Under the pieces are notes generated by a model. The model was not told the origin of the DNA. It saw only the letters and a list, made by a program, of their open reading frames with translations, and did no database searches. From sequence record PZ338877.1: a DNA stretch of 64,000 bases. One strand, written 5' to 3'. This document shows, piece by piece, positions 1 to 9,693 of this stretch (position 1 is the stretch's first letter; each line of letters starts with the position of its first letter). The position numbers and the translations under genes are program-made. The DNA comes from a phage.

Positions 1-115
1 TTTAAGCATTTTAACTTGCCTCTTAATTCACAATAAGAAAGTCCTAAAAAGAACCCTAGTAAGACAGAACCTATGAACAACCCAATAATACTCTCTGCCA
101 TGTCTAACATCCAAC

Positions 116-159
116 AAAAAAAAAAAAGGTGATGTAAGCCTATCAAGACCCACATCACC
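116..159 (-). terminator. rho-independent terminator downstream of nrdD
   Basis: 8-bp stem GGTGATGT/ACATCACC (128-135/152-159) followed on minus strand by a 12-nt U-tract (116-127). Confidence 0.65.
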
Positions 160-169
160 TTGTCAAGTT

Positions 170-2314
170 TTACATAGAAATTCTATCACGAATCTCAGCG
201 ATTTTTGCATCGTTCATTCGGGATTCACCTTTAATCTTAGTCCATCCAAGATACCCACATACCCTATTAATCACAGAGATATCATGTGAATGGCAAACCT
301 CACATTCTTCAACATCAGCCTTTGGTCTGTTGCCACAATGTTCGCAGATTGCTAAGTCAAAGTTAAGTCCTTGATAAAAACCTTTCAACATACCTCTTGT
401 AATACAACTTTTAAGTGCTGGTAAGTTTTCTGGGTTAGCTACCCTTACATACTGGATTCTGCCACCTCTACAGATATGGAAGAATGGTTCTTCTAAGTCC
501 TGCTTCTCAAATGGTGAGATGTCTGCTGCAACATTCATATGGAAACTGTTTGTAAAGTATTCCTTGTCAGAGACACCTTTAATAACGCCAAACATATCTC
601 TGAACTGTTTTAGCTGAGTCCCACAAAGTGATTCTGCTGGAGTACCATATACCGCATACAAGAAGCCATCTTCGTTCTTAAACTCTTCAGTTTTCATGTT
701 AATGTATGCCAGAACATCGTATGCAAAACTATAGCTTCCAACTTCATGAAGTCGTTTACCTTCAGCAAGAACAGACAGCTCATCAAGAGCAGTAACCCCA
801 AAAGAAGCTGTGAAGGACTTCACGATATCCCAACCAACCTTGTCAGTAGGTTTCTTAGTCCCTTTGTACAGACCACCTTGTGTGAATGCAAGAGGGTTAG
901 AACTTGCTGGCATATTAGCAATCATTTCGTAGCGTTTCTTGTGGAAGCTGCGAATCATCTCTAGGTACTTATCAAGCTCTTTCCAGAAATCTAAACCATT
1001 CTCTTTAGAATACTGGTAAATCATTGGCAAGTTCAAAGATACAGCACCAATGTTAGCACGTCCAACGTAGAACTCTTCTCCATTCTCGTTAAGATATGGG
1101 GATAAGAAAGCTCTGCAACCCATCGGTGAAATTACCTTGCCAGAACGCTCAAAAGCCTCTGCTACAGCACCATGACCAGATACACTTAAGAAATCTGGAT
1201 ACATAGCTTTAGAGCAACACTCAATAGCTTTACTGTACAGTTGACCTTGACAGATATTCTCATCGTGTCTCTTCTGGTCATGAATATAAACCAGTTTAGG
1301 GAATACAACAGGCTTCTTACTCTTACCTTGTCCATTCATGCGAACATCAAGAATGGTGTTTGCAATCATGTATTGTAGTCGGTTGTCTTCATTAGACATG
1401 TCTGAGTCAAGTAAACCAAATGTTAAAGTTGTGAATGCAAAATCACCACGGCTGCAAGGTACAGTATTCAGTTTCATCTCTAGTGACTGGAAGCCTTGAG
1501 TTAATTCAATCTGTAGCTGCTCCATGACATAATTATGGTAATGTTCTTTAGGAATACCGTAGGATGCTGCTTTCTCAGCATGATAGCGTAGAGACTTCTT
1601 AGCATACGGTACAAGTACCTTATCAATCTCTGCTAAAGTAAATCCACCAAATTGCTGTGCAGTTGCTGAAAGAACTACATCACCGATAACCTGTAAGGCT
1701 GACAGCACAGACTTTGGTTCACAGTATTCAATGCCGGACATTTCAAAGCCACCTTTCAGTACTTTACCAATGTCGAACAGACAACAGTTGATACCACCAA
1801 AAATTAGGTCTCTCAAGTCGTGAATGTAGATAAACCCTTTCTCAATGGCTTCAAGTTCCTCTGGTGTGAGATGGTACTGTTTAAAGATTTCTTTAGTCAG
1901 ATAACCACGAATAATTGAACCTTTTGTAGAAATTAAACTGCTGTCAAAGTTAGCATTTTCACGGTCACCTAAGAAGAGCGTGTCCTTAGTCTTTTGGTAA
2001 AGCTCATCCCAATTTTGAGCAACCTCTTTACGGTAATTTCTATATGTTGAGTAAGACTCATAAATCTCGTGATTGACTTCTGCCAAAGCACCTTCAACAA
2101 TACTGTGAATATCATTTACTGAAATGAGCAAATTATTCTGCTTAGTGGACTTTACCAGAATCCTCATAAATGCTGACTCAAGAGCTTGGGTAACATCTGG
2201 TGGGAGTTCTTTATATCCAACCCTGTTAGCTGACTTAGTTACTGCTGCTAAAACTTTTTTGATATCCGGTTCTTCAAGTGAGCCATTCTTTTTAATAATT
2301 TGTACTTTGTTCAT
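170..2314 (-). CDS. nrdD: anaerobic ribonucleoside-triphosphate reductase (class III RNR)
   Basis: 714 aa; C-terminal Zn-ribbon (CEHCG...CEVCH) followed by glycyl-radical motif RVCGYLG; overall NrdD-like length and layout. Confidence 0.88.
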   Translation of the reverse strand: MNKVQIIKKNGSLEEPDIKKVLAAVTKSANRVGYKELPPDVTQALESAFMRILVKSTKQNNLLISVNDIHSIVEGALAEVNHEIYESYSTYRNYRKEVAQNWDELYQKTKDTLFLGDRENANFDSSLISTKGSIIRGYLTKEIFKQYHLTPEELEAIEKGFIYIHDLRDLIFGGINCCLFDIGKVLKGGFEMSGIEYCEPKSVLSALQVIGDVVLSATAQQFGGFTLAEIDKVLVPYAKKSLRYHAEKAASYGIPKEHYHNYVMEQLQIELTQGFQSLEMKLNTVPCSRGDFAFTTLTFGLLDSDMSNEDNRLQYMIANTILDVRMNGQGKSKKPVVFPKLVYIHDQKRHDENICQGQLYSKAIECCSKAMYPDFLSVSGHGAVAEAFERSGKVISPMGCRAFLSPYLNENGEEFYVGRANIGAVSLNLPMIYQYSKENGLDFWKELDKYLEMIRSFHKKRYEMIANMPASSNPLAFTQGGLYKGTKKPTDKVGWDIVKSFTASFGVTALDELSVLAEGKRLHEVGSYSFAYDVLAYINMKTEEFKNEDGFLYAVYGTPAESLCGTQLKQFRDMFGVIKGVSDKEYFTNSFHMNVAADISPFEKQDLEEPFFHICRGGRIQYVRVANPENLPALKSCITRGMLKGFYQGLNFDLAICEHCGNRPKADVEECEVCHSHDISVINRVCGYLGWTKIKGESRMNDAKIAEIRDRISM

Positions 2315-2334
2315 TATTGCCCCTTTACATGCTA

Positions 2335-2356
2335 AAAAGGTCTCCGAAGAGACCCT
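2335..2356 (-). terminator. hairpin terminator between small ORF and nrdD
   Basis: stem GGTCTC/GAGACC with CGAA loop, A5 on plus side giving U-tract on minus strand. Confidence 0.45.
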
Positions 2357-2362
2357 TTCATT

Positions 2363-2569
2363 TTAAATCTTTTTAGAAAACTTCGAAAAGAGTTCTCTTA
2401 GTTTTTCAGTGATGCCTAACTGTATCTCTAATATTTCAAAGATAACCCATAGTAACATGGCTCCGAACAACGAACCTTGTTCAAAATCAGTAAATAGGTT
2501 AACAACAAGCATACCAATTACAATAGCTGGTGCATCAACAACCAAACCTTCCCAAAGGCGTTTAAGCAT
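2363..2569 (-). CDS. small hydrophobic (membrane) protein
   Basis: 68 aa ORF between nrdD and redoxin; hydrophobic core VVDAPAIVIGMLVVNLF and LFGAMLLWVIFEIL. Confidence 0.4.
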   Translation of the reverse strand: MLKRLWEGLVVDAPAIVIGMLVVNLFTDFEQGSLFGAMLLWVIFEILEIQLGITEKLRELFSKFSKKI

Positions 2570-2804
2570 TGTTCACCTCTGCCATGAAATTCTGTAGCGT
2601 TCCAACAGGTTTTAGGTTTTGACCGTCAGTTTTCATGATGAATGGCATCTGACGAACTGGCATCTGTGCAATATCCATCAGGTCTGACAGTTCATAATCC
2701 TGCCCTAACATTCTCACAACATGGTCAATACCACGAGCTTTCGCAAAATTCTTTGCAGTCTCACACTGAGGGCATCCAGTTTTGGAGTAAATTACATAAG
2801 TCAT
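2562..2804 (-). CDS. nrdH: glutaredoxin-like redoxin (NrdH-type) for RNR
   Basis: 80 aa, CPQC redox motif near N-terminus, located immediately upstream of nrdB/nrdA. Confidence 0.7.
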   Translation of the reverse strand: MTYVIYSKTGCPQCETAKNFAKARGIDHVVRMLGQDYELSDLMDIAQMPVRQMPFIMKTDGQNLKPVGTLQNFMAEVNNA

Positions 2805-3877
2805 TAAGGAACCTCTAAAAATCCACTATTCAAATCATCTACAACAGTATTCAATAAATACGCACCGTTCTGTTGCTCCTGATTAGCATTCTGCTCTTTA
2901 TCAATTTCCATCTTCTTAATCATATACTTCAAAGGTGGTTCTTTAGGAGCTACAAAATCTCTGGGAATGCCAAACATATCATACAGTGGGGCAGCATTAT
3001 AGTAAACCCACTCATGAAGAAGCTTTGTATTTAACCCAACTACAGCACGTCCTTCAGAGAAGATATAATACGACCATTTTTCTTCACTTTCAACTACTTC
3101 ATCTAAGATTACTTTAATCTCTGGAAGAATTTGTTGGAAAGCTTTTTGCCACTCATCATCTCTTAAAGTTTCTTTTAAAACTTCAATATCAATTTTAGTG
3201 TGAAGGATTTCATCAAGCATAATTTTCTGGACAGCTTGAGCAATACCTTGAAATTTATCTTGAGCATCAAGTGCAAAAGTACATGCAAAGGATGCCATAA
3301 AAGAAATGCCTTCAAGTGCAGTCACTGCAAATAGACCTTTTAGAATCACTTTATGGAAGTGTAAAGGGTCTTTGTCCAGAAGCGAGTCACGGACATAACT
3401 CAGACGATAGTTTATGCCTTCATCTAGTAATTCTTCAAGAACACGATTCACAGTTTTTAATCGGTCTTGTACAGCAATGTTCTGGTTAATCTCATCTAAG
3501 ATTGTTTCAGGATTTTTAATACATTGCCTTACAATCTCTGAGTAAGTAAGAGCATGTAGGTTTTCAATCTCAGACTGCTTCATAATTGCAGTTGCATAAA
3601 TATCATCAGAGATGAATGGTGCAAAGGCAAATGCTAAGCTCTTAGCAACTTGGGTGTCTGCTTCCCACTGCCACTTAAGAATCTCAAGCATTACACCTGA
3701 CATTGATGCTGGCACACTCTCAAAATCAAGACGTGATTGCTCAAAAGGGAACTCATCTTCTGACCAATCTTGTGCTTTTTGTTGTTTATAGAGTTCAAAG
3801 ATTTTTGGGTAGTGCTTATTAAGTGAGTCAAATGTTTTTCTCTCACCACCTAAAAAGATTGGGTGTTGGTTAATCAT
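2804..3877 (-). CDS. nrdB: ribonucleotide reductase class Ia beta subunit
   Basis: ferritin-like di-iron protein of NrdB length adjacent to nrdA; start moved to internal ATG (MINQHP) with AAGGAG RBS to remove overlap. Confidence 0.82.
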   Translation of the reverse strand: MINQHPIFLGGERKTFDSLNKHYPKIFELYKQQKAQDWSEDEFPFEQSRLDFESVPASMSGVMLEILKWQWEADTQVAKSLAFAFAPFISDDIYATAIMKQSEIENLHALTYSEIVRQCIKNPETILDEINQNIAVQDRLKTVNRVLEELLDEGINYRLSYVRDSLLDKDPLHFHKVILKGLFAVTALEGISFMASFACTFALDAQDKFQGIAQAVQKIMLDEILHTKIDIEVLKETLRDDEWQKAFQQILPEIKVILDEVVESEEKWSYYIFSEGRAVVGLNTKLLHEWVYYNAAPLYDMFGIPRDFVAPKEPPLKYMIKKMEIDKEQNANQEQQNGAYLLNTVVDDLNSGFLEVP

Positions 3878-4131
3878 AGTGTGATTTCTCCTTTCTTTAT
3901 CATCTCTAAGGCTTGTTTTCTGTCTAAAACTTCCCAATTTTCTTTGTTAAACATGTCATAAGGTCTTGCATAGATTTTACCATCTGCTGTAGAGATGTAA
4001 GAGACACCAGCGACCCATGAGTCATCATTTTGTTTTATCATCATATCTGTGCTACTCACATAGTACAGCGTTTTCCGAGGTTTATGGAGCAAATATATGG
4101 GCCACTCATGATTTGCTATTAAATCTTTCAT
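3874..4131 (-). CDS. hypothetical protein
   Basis: ORF between nrdA and nrdB; start set at MKDLIANHEW with GGAG RBS, ATGA overlap with nrdB start. Confidence 0.45.
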   Translation of the reverse strand: MKDLIANHEWPIYLLHKPRKTLYYVSSTDMMIKQNDDSWVAGVSYISTADGKIYARPYDMFNKENWEVLDRKQALEMIKKGEITL

Positions 4132-4186
4132 AGTTTCTCCAAAGTTAATTTTAGAGGGTCTTTTACGACCCTCGTAGTTATTAAAA

Positions 4187-6421
4187 CTAAACACCACAAC
4201 CCTCGCAATAAGCATCTTGCAGTGCAGATTTACCTACACCAATGCGACTGTTAAGGTAGTACATGGTTTTCATACCTACTGAGTTGGCATAAATCATGTA
4301 CTTCAAAGCTTGAGCCAATGATACCTTCTTAGACTTTGCATAGTCAACATAGAAATCTGAAGAGATAGCTTGACCAGTGAACTTTTGAAAAATTGCATAA
4401 CAATCAATCAGGTCAAAGGTGTCAATATCCCAAGCAATTTCATAGACATACTTCAACTCTTCGTAATCTGGAACAATAAACAGTACGTTACCAGTTGCAG
4501 ACTTTTTAGTTAAAATAAAGTCACGAATTGGGTACAAGCCATTTGTCGTATTAGTTGCCAGTGAAGAACTCTCATTAGGCATGTAAGCTTCTAATACAGA
4601 GTTACGGATTCCACCATTTTCTTTAATACGTTGTGCTAAGTCATCCCAATCATAACGAAGTTTTGCATCATGCTTCTCATCAATCTTCCTGTTAGCTGTC
4701 TTTGGAGGAACCCAACCTTCAGGATATTTAGTGAACTGCATATACTCAGGCACACCACGTTCTTTAGCAAGTCTTAAAGAAGCTTCGTGTAAGTAGTAAG
4801 AGTGCATTTCAGCAAGCTCATGAAGCTTCGTCTTACCTGCTCTTGAAGAGTAGTTCACGTAGTTTTTCGCAAGGTAATGAGCCACATTTGTAAGGCCAAT
4901 CCCAACAGAACGACGCTTCTGGACATGGTTACGCATCGACGGATACGGATAATCCATAAGGTCAATAACGGAGTCAACCATTGCAAGAGCATAATAAGCA
5001 ACGTCAGCGTATTCATCTTCTGAAATTCTCCCTGCAACCAAACTAGCTAGGAAGCAAAGAGCTACCTCACCATCCTCTTTCACAGCGTCATCTCTGTAAA
5101 GGTCTGTCTCTTTCTCAAAGCCGTACACTGGCAACACAATTTCCATACAAAGATTTGACATCTTCAAAGGCTCTTTAAATGGTGTATGTGTGTTTGCATT
5201 ATTTGTGAAGAATGGATACACACGGCCTGTTGCATAACGCTGCTGGATAAACAGTTTAGCAATTTCACGAGCCTTTACTCGTCTGTGCTTAACACCTGAA
5301 TGCACTGCATGACCAACTGCCATAGCAAACTCATCAGCAGATGCTGTGTAGAACATGTCATAGAGCTTTGGTGCATCCTTGTAAGAGAATAGTAACCAGT
5401 CTGTATCATATTGAACACACTGCCAGAAATAATCATTTGTACCAAATGAGTAGTCCATCTCGTTAATACGTTTAGAAGGAACCGTTGTAGGATGCTTCAA
5501 ACGCAGTAAATCTTCAATCTGCGGGTCTAGAGCAGTGTAGAAGTTGTTAGCTGAACCACCACGACTCTTCTGTTTGTTTGCCTCTACAGATGAGCGTACA
5601 AGCTTGTAATAAGGCAGTTTACCCATGTGCTCAATAGTATTTTGACGGATACCATCACCAATAGTACGAGTCTCCATCAGCATCCCAATGCCAGCTTGCT
5701 TTGTAGTCATATCATAAGCAACCTTTGCAGCAATGCCTAGAGATTCAGCGGTATCATTTGCCTTAATCAAACAGCACGACGCATAACCTGATTTAGTAGC
5801 TCTTAAACCATTCAGATAAGGCGTAGGAGCGTTAATCTTCAGGTCAGATAGGTAAGTGTACAGCTTAATCACATCTTGCAGCCTACGGTGCTTTGGTTGC
5901 TTCTCAAAGGCTTTCATAGCCATACCCATAAACATAAATTGTGGTGACTCAAAAAGTCTTCCTGTTTTAATATCACGGATACCATACTTGTCTCTGAACT
6001 GTTTCAGGACTGCATAACCGTAAGAGATGTCTTTTGAGTGCACAATGTACCCTTGCAGATATTCAAGCTCTTCCTGAGAATAGTCCATCTTCTCCCAAAG
6101 TCCTGCTCTCTCCATATTTTTAACAAAGGTAACCAGCGTAGGAACCTTAGTAAAGCCTCCAAAGGCTTCTTTGTAGATAATCCCCAGAAGTAGCCGTCCA
6201 GCCATGTCTGAGTACTCTTGAGTTTGTTTATCAACACAAACATCAATCATGGCTTGGTGCATCTCTTTTGTAGTGCAACCCTCGTAGACACGTTTCATGG
6301 CTTCCATAGTGACTTCTGACCAGATAATTCCACGCTTATCTGCCCATGATGCCCACTTATTCAGTCTTTCTGGGTCAAAGTTTACTACTGTACCGTTTGA
6401 TTTTTTAATTGTCTTAATCAT
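4187..6421 (-). CDS. nrdA: ribonucleotide reductase class Ia alpha subunit
   Basis: 744 aa; C-terminal CEGCGV redox cysteine pair; typical RNR large-subunit size and context with nrdB. Confidence 0.88.
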   Translation of the reverse strand: MIKTIKKSNGTVVNFDPERLNKWASWADKRGIIWSEVTMEAMKRVYEGCTTKEMHQAMIDVCVDKQTQEYSDMAGRLLLGIIYKEAFGGFTKVPTLVTFVKNMERAGLWEKMDYSQEELEYLQGYIVHSKDISYGYAVLKQFRDKYGIRDIKTGRLFESPQFMFMGMAMKAFEKQPKHRRLQDVIKLYTYLSDLKINAPTPYLNGLRATKSGYASCCLIKANDTAESLGIAAKVAYDMTTKQAGIGMLMETRTIGDGIRQNTIEHMGKLPYYKLVRSSVEANKQKSRGGSANNFYTALDPQIEDLLRLKHPTTVPSKRINEMDYSFGTNDYFWQCVQYDTDWLLFSYKDAPKLYDMFYTASADEFAMAVGHAVHSGVKHRRVKAREIAKLFIQQRYATGRVYPFFTNNANTHTPFKEPLKMSNLCMEIVLPVYGFEKETDLYRDDAVKEDGEVALCFLASLVAGRISEDEYADVAYYALAMVDSVIDLMDYPYPSMRNHVQKRRSVGIGLTNVAHYLAKNYVNYSSRAGKTKLHELAEMHSYYLHEASLRLAKERGVPEYMQFTKYPEGWVPPKTANRKIDEKHDAKLRYDWDDLAQRIKENGGIRNSVLEAYMPNESSSLATNTTNGLYPIRDFILTKKSATGNVLFIVPDYEELKYVYEIAWDIDTFDLIDCYAIFQKFTGQAISSDFYVDYAKSKKVSLAQALKYMIYANSVGMKTMYYLNSRIGVGKSALQDAYCEGCGV

Positions 6422-6440
6422 TTTTAAATCCTACAGATGA

Positions 6441-6461
6441 AAAGAGCCTCCGAAGAGGCTC
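6441..6461 (-). terminator. hairpin terminator
   Basis: stem GAGCCTC/GAGGCTC with CGAA loop between 112-aa ORF and nrdA. Confidence 0.4.
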
Positions 6462-6467
6462 CCTAGT

Positions 6468-6806
6468 TTAAATCTTGAAAATTTGCTCATTCTGCCACAT
6501 ATCGTAAAACTTATCACTTACCTTTGTGACTGAAGATGTGTGCATACAATTCAGGGAGAACCATGATGATGTATTATTATCCATAATTGTTTCAAGCTTT
6601 TGTGTAACGTTCACATCCATGTCTGCAACAACGTAATTACCTCGCATCTTGCAAACAATTCTCCCAAACAAGATTGCACTTCTACCTCTTCGGTCATCAC
6701 AGTACATAACTGTGTCTCCGTGCTTAACGTCTTGTCCGATACTGTCAACACCTAACTTAGCACCTGAGATAATGTCATCATAAGATAACTTTTTCGCTTT
6801 AGACAC
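6468..6806 (-). CDS. hypothetical protein
   Basis: 112 aa ORF in co-oriented gene string. Confidence 0.5.
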   Translation of the reverse strand: MSKAKKLSYDDIISGAKLGVDSIGQDVKHGDTVMYCDDRRGRSAILFGRIVCKMRGNYVVADMDVNVTQKLETIMDNNTSSWFSLNCMHTSSVTKVSDKFYDMWQNEQIFKI

Positions 6807-7131
6807 GGTATTTCTCCAAGTTTCTTTTTAGATATAACCAACCATAGTCAGTTCTTTCTACACCCATGAAGAGTGGAGCCATCACAACTTTCCCAAAAGT
6901 ATTTCTGTGTAGGCAGATTTCAAAGGAATACTCTTTCTCGATATCAATCCCATATTTGTACAGGACTGCTTTTAAAACTTGTTCATTATCCAGAAGTGTA
7001 TCTGGAGTCTCACCATACTTCTCAAGTAACGGGTCATTCATAAACACCGTCATAGAAATATTGTAGTTTGAGAAGTGGCTCTTCTGAGCCACAACCTCTT
7101 TATTAATGTTCTGTGAATCCATTATAACCAA
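6799..7131 (-). CDS. hypothetical protein
   Basis: 110 aa ORF, short overlap with neighbours typical of phage operons. Confidence 0.5.
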   Translation of the reverse strand: MVIMDSQNINKEVVAQKSHFSNYNISMTVFMNDPLLEKYGETPDTLLDNEQVLKAVLYKYGIDIEKEYSFEICLHRNTFGKVVMAPLFMGVERTDYGWLYLKRNLEKYRV

Positions 7132-7858
7132 CCCCTTTTAACCAGCACTTCAGGTTATTAGCATCATAATTCAGTTTCGGGTATGAGGTTACATGGAACT
7201 GCTCACCATCGTAGTAGACAATATCTGCAATCCATAGTCCATTCTCTTTACAGAAATCTTTATCTGCTTTAGAGGTAATTGGATTAACTTCTACAAAACC
7301 ATCTACACCCAAATCCTTTAAGCTACCTACAATACCTTTGCAGATAACGCATGTCTCAGATACTACCACAAAAAGTTCTTGGCTTTCAAGCTCTACAATG
7401 TATTCACCAAGCTGTACTTTAGGGAGATTTGATTGCTTCATAATCTTCCCATCGGCTGCACGAACAATTGCATACCACTCTTTACCATCAACTACTGACA
7501 TTCTGATAACACACTCTTGACCAGTACGCTTCTCAACATCTGCAAGACGTTTTAAAGCTTCTTCATAGTCGTCTGTGTACTTCAGGTCATTATTATGGCA
7601 AACAGCTTCCATAGCGCCATTGTGGTCATGTTGCGACAGATAAATTAGACCGTCAAGAACATATTGCAAATCTGCCTGAGCATCCAGTGTCTCAATGGGG
7701 TCTTTCTCTTCAATTGCTTTTACAAGCTCTTTTGCTTCTTCAAGCATACACAGAGACTGAGATTTCAAAGACTCCCAATACTCATCACTGTAAGGTTGCT
7801 TTTGAGTGTTCCCACAACGAAGGTTCCAGTTTTTTACTGATTCTCTTGAGTTAAACAT
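7103..7858 (-). CDS. MazG-like nucleotide pyrophosphohydrolase domain protein (putative)
   Basis: N-terminal region LEEAKELVKAIEEKD...DAQADLQYVLDGL resembles MazG/HisE EExxE...D motifs; C-terminal half uncharacterised. Confidence 0.4.
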   Translation of the reverse strand: MFNSRESVKNWNLRCGNTQKQPYSDEYWESLKSQSLCMLEEAKELVKAIEEKDPIETLDAQADLQYVLDGLIYLSQHDHNGAMEAVCHNNDLKYTDDYEEALKRLADVEKRTGQECVIRMSVVDGKEWYAIVRAADGKIMKQSNLPKVQLGEYIVELESQELFVVVSETCVICKGIVGSLKDLGVDGFVEVNPITSKADKDFCKENGLWIADIVYYDGEQFHVTSYPKLNYDANNLKCWLKGVGYNGFTEH

Positions 7859-8082
7859 TCTGACTCCTTAAAATATTTGTTAACCTTTAGCTCTCGCGTT
7901 TCAATATACTCCAGATGCTCACGTAGCTCTTGACGTTTAAGCATTAGGTGCTGCATTTGGGATTCAACAGCTTCAACTTCTTTAATTATTGACTCTCTGG
8001 CATTTGCAAGAATGCGCTCAAGTTCTTCAATCTTGCTGTCAACTTTTGCTACATGACTCACAGCTTTACTTTTGTTAAACAT
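7834..8082 (-). CDS. hypothetical coiled-coil protein
   Basis: ORF with start moved to first ATG (MFNKSK); track start is TTG. Confidence 0.4.
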   Translation of the reverse strand: MFNKSKAVSHVAKVDSKIEELERILANARESIIKEVEAVESQMQHLMLKRQELREHLEYIETRELKVNKYFKESECLTQENQ

Positions 8083-8103
8083 TTTATTCTCTCTCAATAG
8101 TTA

Positions 8104-8601
8104 TCAAGCACAGTTTGCTTTCATTACCTTATGGATTCTTTTTTCAGCATCTTCATAAGTTTCTTTAGTAATAAACTTAATTGCTGCAATGTTGGCATTG
8201 TAGAAGAGTCTGAGCTTAGAGTCAATCCTTTTTGTCATTACATCGAATTTATGTTGGAGGTTTGCTTCACCATAAACTAGGCCACCTTTCGTGTAGTAGG
8301 TTTGGATAATGTAAAAGTCAAAAAATTCTTTTCCAAAGCTCTCGATATCTTTTTTAATATACTCAGAAGAAGTCTCATAAGTCATCCAATCACTCTCCTT
8401 AGTGACTACCTTCTTCCGAGTCTTGCCAGCAACTTTTCTTTTGGTCACACTATTAAGCTGTTTCTTTCCGATATAATATTGTCCGGTCTTCTTACAGTGT
8501 ACTAAATAGACAAAACCAAAATGTTTAGTGGGGTCAACTTCCCCACATAAAGATACCCAATGACCATAGGTAGGACAATTACCAAATCCTTTAATCTTCA
8601 T
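8104..8601 (-). CDS. GIY-YIG nuclease domain protein (putative homing endonuclease-like)
   Basis: GFVYLVHCKKTGQYYIGKK matches GIY-(x9-11)-YIG motif. Confidence 0.45.
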   Translation of the reverse strand: MKIKGFGNCPTYGHWVSLCGEVDPTKHFGFVYLVHCKKTGQYYIGKKQLNSVTKRKVAGKTRKKVVTKESDWMTYETSSEYIKKDIESFGKEFFDFYIIQTYYTKGGLVYGEANLQHKFDVMTKRIDSKLRLFYNANIAAIKFITKETYEDAEKRIHKVMKANCA

Positions 8602-9631
8602 TCATACACGGCTCCCAATTATATTTCTTAAAAGAGAAATTATCTTTTGGATTTCTCTCTTGATATGCTATCCAGAAATGCTGTTCCATTAACTCTAATG
8701 GTGTTTTGGTAACAGTCTGTCCATCCCATGATACATAGGTATAAGACTCTTTTTTAGCATAGAGTTCATAGATAGCATCAAGACACTCTTTATAAGTCTC
8801 TTTACCATCTAAAGCATTCATCACAGCTACTTTTCCAGCACCTTTAAGTCCGAAGTAGTTGTCTGCATTATCCCCAGCAACAGCCTGATAACACAAGAAT
8901 TTAAAACCTACACCAACTGTTTTTGCAGCTTTTGGTTTTGATTTGATAGGGCAATCCCAGATATCACCAACATTATTATCAGCAATAAAAATTAGTGGTG
9001 ACTTTTCATAAGTCATATCAATACAATAAGTACCTTCAGCTTGTCGAAGGTCTTTGTCAATACTCATAAGAGCAGCTTTCTTACCCATCTTTTCAGCTTT
9101 AGCAATAACGATTGAGTCGGCTTCGAAGCCACCCTTTAAGAGTTTGAACTCTGGTCTGGATAAAAGATATTCACGACAAGCAACTAAGTGTGTTGGTGTG
9201 ACAGCCTCTTTACGGTTACCTTGATATTGGTGCTCAAGACCTTTAATGTCTTTATGTTTATGCACACCTTTCTCTGTTAAGTAACCTACCCAAATTCTTT
9301 CTTTACCAACAACCTTAAGCCATTCCTGAAGAACCTGCTGAGTAGCCATGATAGCTTCTTTTTCACTCTTAGCTTCTTTCCAAGTCTGTCTTTCCCATTC
9401 ATCCTCATCAAATGTTAGGCCAAGCTCTTCCACAAAGATTCTCTGGTCTGCTAACCATCTTGCAGCATCTTTTGCATTATCAAATGGTTCAGACTCTTCT
9501 GCTGTGAGTTTATTGACGTATTTATATTTTGCTTTCTCAACTACACAAGCACCTTTATAGGCAATACTGTCAGAGTCAATAAAGACATGTGTAACTGAAT
9601 CGGGAAGTTTTGTTAGCGTATACTTCTCCAT
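8591..9631 (-). CDS. 5'-3' exonuclease / flap endonuclease
   Basis: 346 aa; N-terminal acidic cluster VFIDSDSIAYK and H3TH-like GDNADNYFGLKGAGK typical of FEN/5'-3' exo family. Confidence 0.7.
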   Translation of the reverse strand: MEKYTLTKLPDSVTHVFIDSDSIAYKGACVVEKAKYKYVNKLTAEESEPFDNAKDAARWLADQRIFVEELGLTFDEDEWERQTWKEAKSEKEAIMATQQVLQEWLKVVGKERIWVGYLTEKGVHKHKDIKGLEHQYQGNRKEAVTPTHLVACREYLLSRPEFKLLKGGFEADSIVIAKAEKMGKKAALMSIDKDLRQAEGTYCIDMTYEKSPLIFIADNNVGDIWDCPIKSKPKAAKTVGVGFKFLCYQAVAGDNADNYFGLKGAGKVAVMNALDGKETYKECLDAIYELYAKKESYTYVSWDGQTVTKTPLELMEQHFWIAYQERNPKDNFSFKKYNWEPCMNED

Positions 9632-9693
9632 TGTGACTCTCCATATGAAAAAGCCCCATACTAAGTACAGGGCTTTAAAGTAACTTTTAGAGA

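Noticed and set aside
4855-6246. Short ORFs 4855-5037 and 6004-6246 on the minus strand
   Set aside because: Alternative-frame ORFs nested within nrdA.
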